Of a stretch of 64,000 bases of DNA, positions 1 through 12,671 are shown piece by piece; the first letter of the stretch is position 1; the number at the start of each line of letters is the position of its first letter. This stretch comes from Eledone cirrhosa (lineage: Eukaryota): NCBI GenBank assembly GCA_964016885.1, contig OZ024740.1, positions 285,386,001 through 285,450,000 of the forward strand, written 5' to 3'. The notes below the pieces were generated by a model, which searched no databases, was not told the origin of the DNA, and saw only the letters and a program-made list of their open reading frames with translations. Made by a program: the position numbers and the translations under genes.

Positions 1-1356
1 CAGAACAAATATGAAAAATAGTGAGAATAATTTGATGGTTGAACACTGAACTTGGTTGATGTGTTGTACTGAGATCAAACACTCTGAAATATTTGACAAA
101 AAGAAGAAAAAAAATCTCTGTTATGGCATGTAGTCTGTAATGCGTAGAGATTGATTGCTCTGTCAAGGTCATTGCATTTAACATTTCACTCTAACATTTA
201 TAGGAAAAATAAAAACAATAAATGGTAAAGATTAATTTGTTAATTTCATAATGCAGTGTCTGCAAAGTTTCAGCTCCAAGGGAGTCTTAAGAGCTGAGGC
301 TTATCTCTGGTTTCATGATTTTAAGCAGGTATAATGTAGATCTAATCTGGATAAGGCACCAAGTCTATTATAGGCAAAACTCCCAGATAATCAGGGAATT
401 GTTAGGAACTGTAATACATGACATCCATTCAGCCATTTTGCATCTGTATTCCTCCAAATTAGAGGAATCTGCTAAATTTGAAATTTGAATCAAATTTTTA
501 TATGAACAGGCACCTTTTTTTTAACACTAACAACTAGCTATATTGAAACAAATGGAAAAACGAAAAATGAAATTTAAACTCATATGTATGCAGGCTAAGG
601 TGACTTTCTACAAGGTTGCATTTCATCGGAGGATCTCGGGTGTTTTAGATAGTGGCATTAGTCCTATAACGAAAAATAATGTGAAATAAAGCATCTTGTT
701 CAAGAACACAGTGCACCACCTGGTCCATGTATCGAACCCGTGACCTTATGATTATGTGTCCACAGATTGAGACAAGTAATGTAATGAGATTTGCTAAGAA
801 AAATCATAAAAATGTAAGTAGTTGAATGGGAACCCAAGATCACTTGATTGATTAAAACAACTTATATAAAATAATTTAGTAAAGTTTTCTTTTCTTTGGA
901 TATGGTGTAGACTGTAGCCATAAGCATTATCAGTGTCCATGATGGTGGTGTTGATGATGATGATGTTATGTCTATTTTTACATGCTGCCATATGTTAGAT
1001 GGGCTAGGAACCTTGTGTCACACACATGGTACATTTTTGGCATGGTTTTTGTGTTTGGATACCCTTCATATTGTAAACTGCTTTACAGAGTGCATTTTAT
1101 CATGGATCCAACAGTTGAGATTATCTTGCTCTCAAATAAGACAATAAATAGAGGCCTCTCTATCTTACATTGTCTCCTTTCATTCACTGGCACAAAAGAG
1201 GTTGTCTGGCCACTGACAAGACTAAAGAGAATTCCTTTTCTGTTTTGTTTCCATTTGTTCATACCATTTTTTTTTCCCAAACATAAGAGCCAGAGTAAGA
1301 GAGCCAAATTGAATAAAATGGAATGGAAGAGAAAAGGTAAAGGAGAGTAATAGGAG

Positions 1357-1358
<2 letters not shown>

Positions 1359-1389
<31 letters not shown>
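1359..1389. repeat. (GA)n microsatellite
   Basis: Directly visible. Confidence 0.95.
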
Positions 1390-1391
<2 letters not shown>

Positions 1392-2869
1392 AATAGGGAG
1401 TGAGTGATAGATGAGAATGTAGTGAAGAGAGGGTAAGTAGAAGATAATAACAAAATGGTTGGAGGCAGAGAGTCTTACTAAGTACATAATAGGTGAGATA
1501 TATTCATTTATAGGTATTATTTATCATAACCTCCATTTTCATCATTTTCCCATTTGTTCACATATATAGGTTAGGTGGGTCTAATCAAACACACTATTTA
1601 ACACCCTTGTCATACATGATCCTTTGTCATCTCATTTGTGAGGTTCAGTCTAGTGAAATACATTTTCATGCATGAATGTAATGAATATAAATAACATACT
1701 CAATTTTATTTTGCTTGTTCATTTTCATTCTGATTATTGTATCACCTTGTCATAATTTCTTTCTCTGAAAATTTGACTATCAGTGCTATATTTAATTTTT
1801 TTTCAAAATATTTTCAATAAATTTCTTTTGAAAGTACATTGATTGTTATTTAGCTCTTTATCATGAGTAGTCTCCTTCTCATTTCTTGGTGTTGGAATAA
1901 TTTGGAAAAAACCTTCAAATTCTATCATCATCTTTTATTATGTTTCTTCCAGATAAATTCTAAACAATACAACCTTAACTTTGTCTTAGTTTGCCTATCA
2001 GTGATCTAATTACTTAAACTTAGAAGGAACAGATTTAACTAGTTTGTATAATTTACTCTCATTGTGTAGATTAAATAAATAGTATCTAATTTGATAAACA
2101 GTTCACCACACAAGGCTATGCAGAGCCATGTTATGAGTAAGGTTTTGACATTATATTGGATTTCAAGGTTGGGCAGGGTCAAGAAAAACTATATTACAGG
2201 CTATAAATATTATTTTTTTTATTATGTAACTAATTTTCCTCAGACTACTGTTAGCTTAAATGTTTCAGCATGTGTTTATATCCCATAACCTCTACTGAAA
2301 TCACAAAAATTGCCCCTTAAATTTGAAGATGAATATAAATGATAAAGTTGCCAGACTTGATATAAAATGCATGACTTCAAAGTTTGCTGTGTCGCATTGT
2401 ACTGGCAAGCAATATACATTACTTGCTTTAATTCAGTCAACTTGGCAGAAAAGAATATTGCCATTTTCTACTTAACTGAATGTTGCTATGAAAAACATTA
2501 AACTGCACAACACTGATTGGAACTATTCATATTAATTTAAAAAAATTGAAATTATTGAATCTGTGTTAGCATAGTTGAAAATGTAATAAATAATATACTC
2601 TATTCCTGAAGCTTTCATAAACATTAATGTGTGTACATTGAAAGGGTGATGATAAGACTGGAGACTATCATTAAAACACCCAAGAAACCTATGAAATGCA
2701 ACCTCATTGGAGGCTGGCTAAACCTACATAGATGTATGCTGCGACTATAACAATTGAAAAGGTTCAAGAAAATTAGATTTTGTTGTGTAGCTCAAGGTTA
2801 ATCTTAATTGAGAAGAACTATGATCAAAGGCATTCCAGCCATGTCTTTTTGGAGTTATGTAACACTACA

Positions 2870-3055
2870 TGGATTGGCAGTATCGGTAGTGGGTCGGACG
2901 CCATGCTTTGCAGCATAGAGTTACGCCCCTTTATGGTCTGAGTTCAAATCCTGCTGAGGTTAATTTTGCCTTTCATCCTTACGGGGTCGATACAATAAAG
3001 CACCAGTAATGCACTGGGTAATTGCTGGCCTTGTGCCTAAAATAGAAACAATTAT
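2870..3055 (+). mobile_element. tRNA-derived SINE, family A (ATT-type tail), inserted in a family B repeat (about 2775-3160)
   Basis: A-box-like TTGGCAGTATCGG, B-box GAGTTCAAATCC and central GCCTTTCATCCTTACGGGGTCGATA. Homologous to the copies at 27515 and 40284-40674. Confidence 0.8.
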
Positions 3056-5665
3056 GTAATGTGTCTTTTCCTTTCCCAAGACAATAGGGTGTGATTTGTG
3101 GGAAAATTGGCTGCTATATTTAGCAGATCAAGTGACCACCATGTAAAATTTTCTTCGCTGGCATAAAACTTTGATAATGTTAATTACTAGATGCACACAA
3201 ATTATGAAAGGAAGAGAAAGTCGGTTATATCAACCCCAGTACTTGGCTGGTACTTTATTTTATTGACCTTGGAAGGATAAAGGAGAAAGCTGATCTCAGC
3301 AAAATTTGAACTCAGAGTGTAAAGGGCCTTAACTAAATACTGCAAAGCATTTTATCTGATGCGCTAATGATTCTGCCACTCCCCCACCCCAATGCACTTT
3401 GATAATCAGCCCATTATTATGAAACTACTTAGAACCAACATTTTACTAAAAGTTGTAAAGAAACATAATCCAACAAATGAATATTTTTTGGTAGCTATTA
3501 GCACATGACAAATTTCAGTCATAGTATTTTACTTAGTTCTACTGTAGGTCTCTATCCCTACTTCTATCAGTTTCAGTATCTGTTTTTATCAACTTTTCTT
3601 GGGTGTTTCACATATCCTTGCATTTATAACAGCTGGCAAATACTTGAATACAAATTTAGATTCAAAGCAGCTTAAATAATTTGATGACTAATTCTACTCA
3701 CAGCACTCTTTGGTGTCTAATGTTTTTTCTTTATGTGTAGCTGTACTGTAACTATCCTGCTTTTTATTTTAATTCCTCTCCTTACTTTGTTTCATTGAAT
3801 TAATTCTTTTAATTTAGTGATTAGTTCAGTTAATAATACCTCCATCACTTTTTTTCTGTTATGCTTGATTAAATACACCATTCATTTACTCTGATAAACT
3901 GTCCTATTAGCATCCTAAATGTTTCAAGCCTTAAATGTTTCCACTTTGAAACATAGAACATTGTACTCTATCATTTTTCTAAATAAATATATTTTTATGA
4001 ATATATTCTTCCATATTTTTGCTTTATGCTTTTTTTTTTACTAGCAATTTTTTCCACTCCTGTTCACTTTTCTATATCATCAGTCATAATAATATGCCAT
4101 GTGTATTTGTATATATATTTATATATGTCTCTGTAACTCTTCAAAATTTGCACAGACACACACAAGCATACACATTACACTTTCTATCTCAGTCACGTTG
4201 CTACCATAAAATGTTCACTTTCCGATATCAAGGTCTTGAGTTCTAACCTGAATTTCTTCTTGTAAATAGTTATTTCTCCAAAGTTATTCATATATTTAAT
4301 TCTGTATACCATTTTTACATATATGCGGAACATTTATGTAATTATATCCTATAAATAAATTATTAAAATACTATCTTTAATCACTTCCATGTCTCAATAA
4401 TCAATGTAAACTGTAGGATTTCTCTTTGCAAACCATCATCAAACCCCAATTTCCCCAGTGTGTGTGATTGTTCATATATCCGATAATCCTGGTATATACA
4501 GCAAACCAATCACGAACTCCAAAAATTAAATACATTCAACACTAATTTCACTATATTGAAGGCATGCTATCTTTTTCATTTAAATGCAAATGATTGAATA
4601 AAATTAGAATATGAGAATCAAATGCAAAACTGCTTAACCAATTTACTCATTTTTCTTATGGCTGCAAGCAGCAACTTCTGCAATCTTTTGGAAGCTTAGC
4701 TAGTTATAAAAATGGTATGTATGCTCCTATGTCTTAGGACTTTGAATTTGTTTACTGTAAAATAGGATTCATTCTTAAATGCAAAGATTTTAGTAACTGA
4801 ATGATAATTATGGCACTTTAATTACTTGTAGATTGCATTGGCTGAAATTTATACATAATGCCTGCAAGCATTGATAATAGATGTCAAATTAATGAGTATG
4901 GTGATAAATATACTGTTTATATGTGTAGTAAAGATTGACTCAACTGTTAACTGCATCTTTGGTGGTTTTATTTTAACTCTGTATTCTTGTATTATTTTCT
5001 ATAAAATTCATGAGATTCAACTGTCCTACTGGACAGAATGACAACTCCATTAGCATGATATCGATGCTAGGATTACTGTATTGTCAATTAATGTTACATG
5101 TAAGGACATCAGCTTTTTGCTATTTTCATTGTAGTTATTTTGTATATCATAGAAACCATATTCTGTTGTAATAGGAAATTCCATGGCTTGAGAAATTCTA
5201 GGGTCTTTTGGTTTGGGTAGCTATCGATTTTTGCCTAAACTCCACTTATAACTTGCTTCAGATAAGTTAACCAATGACAAGTCTTCCTATGTATATCCTT
5301 TCCACATTCTGTCGCTATCCTTAAAAAGCCCTGTAAACATTAAAATTTCCTGACTATTAAACCTATCTATTCTGATTTTATATTTAACACTACATTCATT
5401 TAGTTCAATTTCTGAATAAAATGAAATATTAAAACAGTGAAAAATGTGGTTAATAGTCTGAAAAGTTTAAATTATTATCACAATAACTCATATTTGATGG
5501 CAATCCACCCTTTAATAAATGACACAAAAATAGCTCTGGGTTTTATATGTAAAGCTGAGATATTCAGTAGGCTAGTGTTTACTCAGATGCCATAAACTAC
5601 CAGTAATTCTAACTAGCTCAACTCCATAATACTGTAACATTATTTACTTTACCACCATGGCATAA

Positions 5666-6721
5666 CCCATTAGCATTTAAACCGGCTGTATCTGACCAGA
5701 ACTCTCTCACCTATTTCTGTTCAAACCGACTGTAACTGGTCGCTAATATTGATGTTAAGGTATTGTTCTCAAAATAAATAACATAAAATCTCATAGATTC
5801 AATATTATGAGAGATAATTATGTGAGATACAATAGTATACAGGGTGCGGACAATATCTGTTCTAGGAAAAAATATCACAGTAGTTTTATTTTTTAAGATA
5901 TATTTATCAAACTTGGGTCAGTTTGTCTTCATGACTTGTTCTTTCGATCTCACTCGATAAACCCGCCATTGGCTTTGATGACGGTCTCAAGGCGGTTACA
6001 GGCCTTCGTCACTGTCTTAGGCCCCTAAAGGCACTTGTGATCCTGGCCTTCAGATCGTCTTTCATATTGCAGCTAGATCTGTTGGTGTCTCGTTCCACTG
6101 TGCCCCACACAAAGAAGTCGAGGGGGTTGCAGTCAGGCGAGCTGGGAGGCCAGATGTCAGGTGAAGTGTGGTCGACGACAGCCAGGCTTGGGTCTTTCGG
6201 CTGGTATGGCAGGGCGCTGAGTCTTGCTGCCACACACACGTACAGCCTACCTGCAGCTACCTGGTTGATCCAGGGCTTTACTACCTCGCTCAGAACACGG
6301 ATGTAGCCATCAGTGTTCAGCTTGAAGCCCTCAGGGAAGAAGTGAGGTGGCATGACGTCAACTTGACTGCTGACGACACCTAAGACCAATGTTGTCGCTG
6401 GAAACTTTGTCTGCATGACTCTGGGCACGTCTTTGGATGAGACACCATTCTCCTGCTGACGCTGAGAAAGTCTGAAATTTCCTTATTTGTCCTCTCGGCG
6501 CGGATTCCAAGAAGAAATCCGTGTCTCTTCCACAAATTTGGAGGTTCAAAATTATTCATAATCAATTATTCTGAAAATAAATAATGGAAATATAGTCACT
6601 GTTTTTATGAAGACAAGAGTGACAACGGAAGTAAAAAAAAAATTACATAAAATTAGCAGTTGAAAATTGCGAACAGATGTTGTCTGCACCCTGTATATAG
6701 AGTAATGAAAATACTAAAGGG
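5666..6721. mobile_element. TTAA-type (piggyBac-like) MITE interrupted by a maT element
   Basis: CCCATTAGCATTTA...TACTAAAGGG-TTAA ends. The two halves match the intact ~215-bp copies elsewhere in the window. Confidence 0.8.
5840..6693 (-). mobile_element. Internally deleted Tc1/mariner-superfamily DNA transposon, DD37D (maT) type, copy 1
   Basis: 23-bp TIRs CAGGGTGCGGACAATATCTGTTC / GAACAGATGTTGTCTGCACCCTG (2 mismatches) with TA on both sides. Transposase remnant WPPSSPDCNPLDFFVWG. Confidence 0.9.
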
Positions 6722-7366
6722 TTAAAAAAGGAATTATCGTAAGAATTAAAGTTGGAGACCAATAAATTCAGTCAGCACACAACTCTCAAAAGATAAGCAG
6801 TAACTTTTTCTCAATTCATATGCATATTACTGTCTATTTATGTCACATATTTTTATGTGGAAACATTTTTTTTAGTTTCTTAAAAGAAATTTGAAATTGG
6901 GTGATAGTAATGAAAAACACTGGTAACCATCGTTACTGTATGACTCAGTAGCATCGTTGCCATTTATCGCCACATACTAAAAATCTCACATTGTCATGCT
7001 CACTTCCAATTTGTGGGTTTAGTTTTTATCACAGTATGGGCATTTTAGAGCAACAATTGTTATCACACCAACAACAATGGAAATATAAAACGAATGGTAA
7101 TAGCAGTGGGAGATTTTAACATCAAGATTATGGCTGCAGGAAGTATGTGCTCAGGCTATACCATTGTTTAGAAAATAAGTGGTAAATGATACTAAGGAGC
7201 ACTAGTGAAAGCTTTTGGGAAACCACCTACAATAGAAATAAGAGAATGAGTAAGAACAGTTGCAGACTGTTAAAAATGGTAAACATAGCCTTCATTGCCT
7301 AGTGTCACATTGCTTGCAATAGAGTGAACTTGACTAAAGGCATCATGGGTCAGGTGGTGATGTTAA

Positions 7367-7587
7367 CTCTTTAGCATTTACATTATTCTATATTTACTAT
7401 TGTTTTTTTACAGTAAATACTTTATTTTGCATAATTATCTCACATTATATCGAATTTATGAGATTTTGATATTATTTATTTTGAGAACAAAGCCTTAACA
7501 TAAGTATGAGTGGCTGGTTACTGCTGGTTTGAAGAGAAAGAGGTGATAGAATTCTGGCTGGATACGGCCGGTTTAAATGCTAAAGGG
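7367..7587. mobile_element. TTAA-flanked MITE (piggyBac-like)
   Basis: TTAA-CTCTTTAGCATTTA...TAAATGCTAAAGGG-TTAA. Confidence 0.85.
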
Positions 7588-9017
7588 TTAATAGATTATA
7601 AAAGCTAGGTGATTAGTGAAAAGAATGCAGGGAAATGTGTTTCTCCCAAAATATTAATTAATGAAGCCTGGAGAGCAGGAAAAGAACAAAATCTTCAGGA
7701 TTTTGCAAAAACAGAAGGTGTAACTGGTTCTTGAAAAGGCAGGGCTTATGAATGCATGCAGAAAATGTCAGCTGATTATGAAAACAAAATATTAGAATTT
7801 CATATATTTTGAAAATGATTAACATTTTTGTTAACAGAACAGTTTTTGTTTCTCAACTCTATTGGTAACTTGTTACTTATAAAATGTTTTCTGCTATGGC
7901 TAAACTGATTTGATTTTCTTTTGTAATGTTTTAATACTATATTCATGTAAGGTATATTTTTATTCTAAATGGCTGTTTTACTTGTCTAATTCCCTCACTT
8001 ATGTTTAACAATATTGATAGCTTGTTTTATGTAGCTAAGGTACTGTTGACACTTTTTGTCATTAAAATCATCAACAATGAGGTTATTGTCATTTGTTAAT
8101 TAAGTATTCTGAAAGAAGGCCTTAGAGATACAGCTCTGTTGCTCATCTGTTGTGCTGTCCATCACTAGACTAAGCTAAATTATCCTATTGTATACTCTAT
8201 CCCAGTTACTTTATCCATTTCTCTGCCAACAATATGTAAATTATGCCCACTCTAGCACTATAACCAACTCGGAAGCATTTGTACCTATGTTCCTAGCCCA
8301 TTAGGAATATGGCTCAGGCTCCCTTCTACCTTAGCTCTTGTACACAGCATGGATCTAATTACCCCTACTCCAGCATCTTTCCAGACCTACCTTTCATCAT
8401 ACCAATATTAATATTGGTAGCTTTGAAGTTTTGTCCTTGATAGGAAAAAAGGAATTTCCAGTGATCAATAGATTGTTTGATGCCTGTTTTCTGTATCTGA
8501 AAGAAAGGAAGTTGATATGATTGTTTGATGACAACTGAGGGCTTTTCAAATATGGCCAAATGTATGCATCTGACCATTTCATAACTATACATACCACCAG
8601 TAGCTCCAAATCCCAATTTCTGTTTCTTCTACTTGTAGTTAACTTTATATTTGATTTTGGAAATGACACCAAATAGTTGGTACATCTTTTTAGAAAAAAT
8701 GTTGTCAAATGCTAGGAGGCCGTAACCAAATTCTCAAATTGATAATACTGTTTGGGTTTGATAATCAGCTATGGTGTAATACAATGTCAAAGTTCGTATT
8801 AACATCATCCTATCGTGTATAACCAGATTGGAAAAAGGCCCCTCTCCCAGAAGAGATCAATTTTTAACCACTATACGTTGTACTTAATTTTGAAACAACT
8901 TGCTTTGTATTTTAATGTGACATTCTTAAATATATATATTATGAATTCACCTTGAAAACTGAAATAGAATTTTAAAAAGATTATTTTGCTCAATGAATTT
9001 TTTTTTTCTTTTTCAAG

Positions 9018-9126
9018 AATGGCAAAAGCTTCCATGTCCATGACCAAGTGAGATTTGCAAAGGAAATATTACCATTGTATTTCAAACATAACAACATTGC
9101 CAGTTTCATTCGACAGCTAAACATGT
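9018..9126 (+). CDS. HSF1: Heat shock transcription factor, internal exon encoding the central part of the HSF DNA-binding domain ([36 protein letters not shown]+T)
   Basis: Polypyrimidine tract and AG acceptor at 9016-9017, 109-bp open exon, GTAAGT donor at 9127. The translation contains the HSF signature [24 protein letters not shown]. Not in the ORF track because it is too short. Confidence 0.95.
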
Positions 9127-9473
9127 GTAAGTTATTTTTTTAACACTATCTCACTCTTCCCTGAAGAAATACTTATGATTCAATTCCAGTTTGTCTATTC
9201 CTGTTTGAACACTATATTGCAATGTGATATTAATATTTTAGTTAAGTGATTTCATTTAGTGTTACAAACAATTGATAATAGGTTACTTGGTTTTTAGTTG
9301 ATTGTAATTTGTCACAGTATCATTTAATAATAGTTAATTGCTGTAAACATTACTTGGTCACAACAATTTATTACAGTAATTTGATTTTTAAATCCATAAA
9401 ACAAGCTCTGCTACATAAAGGACGGAATGTGTCCTTGTTATCCTGCATGAAGGATGATGTAATCATCATTATT

Positions 9474-9784
9474 TCATCATCATTTCATTTTACGCCCACT
9501 TTTCCCTGCTTGCAAGGGTGGGACAAGAACTGATTCTGGCTTGATTCCTAACACCAACCTCATTTACAGTGAGTGCTGGGTGCTTGTTTGCACCTCCACG
9601 ACCACTTTGCAGTGGAATGATAGGGACCCCAGTCCCTATCATCTCATTTCTACAGCTGAGTAAACTGGAGCAATGTGAAATAAATTGTCTTGCTCAAGGA
9701 AAAACACATCACCCGGTCTGAGGATTGAACTCACAACCTTTCGATTGCAAGGCCAATGCTCTAACCACTAAGCCATGTGCCTCC
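9474..9784 (-). mobile_element. tRNA-derived CORE-like SINE with RTE-derived 3' tail
   Basis: Reverse complement begins GGAGGCACATGGCTTAGTGGTTAGAGC (A box) then GAGTTCAATCC (B box), a CORE-like CCTTGAGCAAGACAA...CTCAGCTGTAGAAATG segment, an RTE 3'UTR segment and an (ATG)n tail. Second copy at 58158. Confidence 0.85.
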
Positions 9785-9849
9785 ATTGGATATATTTACT
9801 GTTTCTGGCTATATTGAGGTGTTTTGGTGGTCTCATTCATGGCAGGCCT

Positions 9850-10911
9850 TTGAGAAAATCGTGGGAGTGTTGTTTCATAGAACTTGAAAAGGCATATGAC
9901 CACGTTTCATGGGAACTTTTGTGGAAGGTTCTGTAGGAGTATGGGATTGATGGATGAACCACCCAACTAAATGGTGCTAAGCTAAAACCATTTAATGTGG
10001 GTGTTGGACTCCTCCAAGGGTGTGTACTCTCACCTCTTCAGAGTTGACATGCGCAACTGGGTTGGAAATGGTATTGAGACTGGTGGGTGTAAGTTCAGTT
10101 GGCTGCAATTTGTGGACGGCACGGTACTTTTTAACTCACTAGAAGGTGATCATCGACATGCACTTGATAGGTTTGCTGCTGAATGCTGCACGGTAGGAAT
10201 GAAAATTATTGCTGTGGTGACTGAAACACTCGTCCTCTCAAGGAAGCTTGCGCATTGCACTTTACATGTGAGTAGAGTTCCACTGAAGCAGGTGGAGAAG
10301 TTGAAGTATCTCGGGGCTGTGTTCACGAGAGATGGAAGCCAGGAGGCTGAATTAAGTGCAAGAATTGCAAGATCTAATGCAATAATATGCCAGCTTCAAC
10401 ATTCAGTAATTAGAAGAAGCGAGGTAGGTTTAAAAGCCAAACTCGCTAGCTTCAATTTGGTATTTGTGCTAACTCTTACCTATGGTCATGAATCTTGGGT
10501 AATGACCGAAAGAATACAACTGCAAATACAAGCCGCTGAAATGGGGTTCCTCTGAAGGGTCTCTAGGGTAATGTTGCTCAATAAAGTGCATTGGTCAGAT
10601 ATTAGAGAGTCACTCCAGGTAGAGCCACTACTTCTCCGAATTGAGAGACCACAGCTTTGATATTACAGGCATGTGGTTAGAATGCTTCAGGAAAGAATTG
10701 CTGGACAGATGTTATGCACAAAACCAACTGGCAGGAAATCAAGGGGTAGACCCTGAGCAAGGTAGTTGGATAGCATCCATAAAATCAACTGGTCACGCTT
10801 GGGGATCCAGCTAGATCAATTGGAGACGGTTGCTTCTGACAGGACCTGCTGGACAGCGTGCTTAAGGACCTTGTCCCCACAACCCTCCCAGGAATAAGTG
10901 GATGAAGAAGA
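9850..10911 (+). mobile_element. 5'-truncated, decayed RTE-clade LINE, family 2 (no zinc-finger insert, GAA tail)
   Basis: LEKAYDHV, QGCVLSP, KYLG, LTYGHESW and YYRHVVRM motifs with stops and frameshifts. Ends GATGAAGAAGAA. Confidence 0.85.
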
Positions 10912-11222
10912 AAAAATACATAAAATTTTATTGGTTTTTAACTAGTCTATAATAGAAATGTTGCCATCAAGGAGGATGACTAATTCTCTGTTTTACACCT
11001 TAGAAGTTCATATATTGAATGAAAATATCGAAATCTCAAAAGTATTTTCATAAATTCTCTTTTTTTTTTACATAACATGTTTCTTAATTTAGATAGAAAA
11101 TATATGAAACTATACAAGTAATGATTGTAATTATTAGATTTATTCATGTCTGAGGTGACAGTTATTACAATCATTCCTTTGATGAAATTTCTTTATAAAT
11201 AGAGAAATTTTATTTATTTATT

Positions 11223-11985
11223 CATCATCATCATCATCGTTTAACGTCCATATTCCACGCTTGCATGAGTTTGGACGGGAGTTTTCCCACTTGAGGCAAG
11301 AGTGGTTGTCTTGCTCGCATAGGACTGTCTGGCGGGTTTTCTACGGCTGGATGCCCTTCCTAACACCAACCACATTTACAGTGTGGAACTGGGAGGTTTT
11401 TACCGTGTTACCTACACGGCCACATTACAGCGTGGACTGTGTGTTTTTTTGTCGTGACACCTACACGACCTCATTTGTTTCGGCCTGGATGTTGTGGCAC
11501 CAACATAACTTTACATTGAAAGGGGTAGTGGGACGGGGGTATATTTTGTTAGAGGTGCCTACTGACTGTAGTAGGTTTTACTTTGTATTTAGGTAAGGCG
11601 GGTCTTCTCTATTACTTTGTAGCGCCAAAGATCTCGGTCCAGTGACATTGTCTTGGAGAGGTGTAAGTGTGTGAGGTCGGAATTTATCAAGTCGTCCCAG
11701 GTTTTTCTGGGTCTGCCTACTCCGTGGCTACCGTCTATTTTTATTGCCCTGCACTTTTTTATACAGCTGTCGTCTTTCATGCGCATCACGTGACCATACC
11801 AACGTAGCCTTCTCTCGAGTAAACAACATCCGATCCCTCTTATTTCTAATTTTTCCCTTAGTTCGTTTATGCTTTGCCGTTCATGTATATTACTATTACA
11901 CATCCAGCGGAGTATGCAAGCTTCGTTCCTCTCTAGTCTGCGTATATCCTCTGCACACAATGTCCAGGTTTCACTGCCATGGCAA
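11223..11985 (-). mobile_element. RTE-clade LINE family 1, 3' fragment with long 3'UTR and (ATG)n tail
   Basis: HGSETW...LRWMC...RRLRWYGHVMRM...GRPRKTW. (CAT)n at 11223. Confidence 0.9.
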
Positions 11986-12320
11986 CTCTTGGATGACTCT
12001 TTACTTTGGTAAGTTTTATAAGCCATATTTGTATGTCTTTGAGACAGCCAGTGTGAATGTATTTGAATGAGCTTTCAGACGGCATAACTATAGTTTGACC
12101 GCAGCTGTGAGCAGGTGTGCAGGCGTGTCTAGACATTAACCGGTAATTAAGATACTAAAAATGAAAAAACCCAGTCACCTGGGTCAAGGACACTTTCCTT
12201 CACCGATAACAATGTATTTCATGTCTGAAATTATTGACTCAACCGTAACGAGTTAACACTATGTAGATCTATTTTATTCCTTATTGTATAATAATATTAC
12301 AAATAAAAAAAAGAAAGAAA

Positions 12321-12671
12321 ACACAGAAGCGGGTAGCACACACATCTAGGACCACATACAACACATAAGCAGGTAATACACACATCTAGGACCACATGCA
12401 ACGCATAAGGAGGTAGCACACACACATCTAGGAGCACATAAAACACACAGGCAGGTAATACATACAACACAGAAGCAGGTAATACAAACATCTAGGACTA
12501 CATACAACACATAATCAGGTAATACAAACATCTAGGACCACATACAACACAATCAGGTAATACACACATCTAGGACCATATACAACACACAAGCAGGTAA
12601 TACATACAGCTGGGACCATATGCAACACACAGGCAGGTAATACATACATCTAGGACCACATACAACACACA
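12321..12671. repeat. Minisatellite, ~40-bp unit (ACACATAAGCAGGTAATACACACATCTAGGACCACATACA), about 9 copies
   Basis: Unit starts at 12321, 12361 and 12401, then continues with small indels. Confidence 0.9.

Noticed and set aside
9617-9642. Resemblance to tetO half-sites (TCCCTATCA)
   Set aside because: Half-site arrangement differs from tetO, and the motif is part of a repeated SINE, not vector sequence.
12321-12671. CRISPR-like appearance of regularly spaced repeats (also 31010-31376)
   Set aside because: No unique spacers, the units are contiguous tandem copies, the context is eukaryotic and there are no cas genes.
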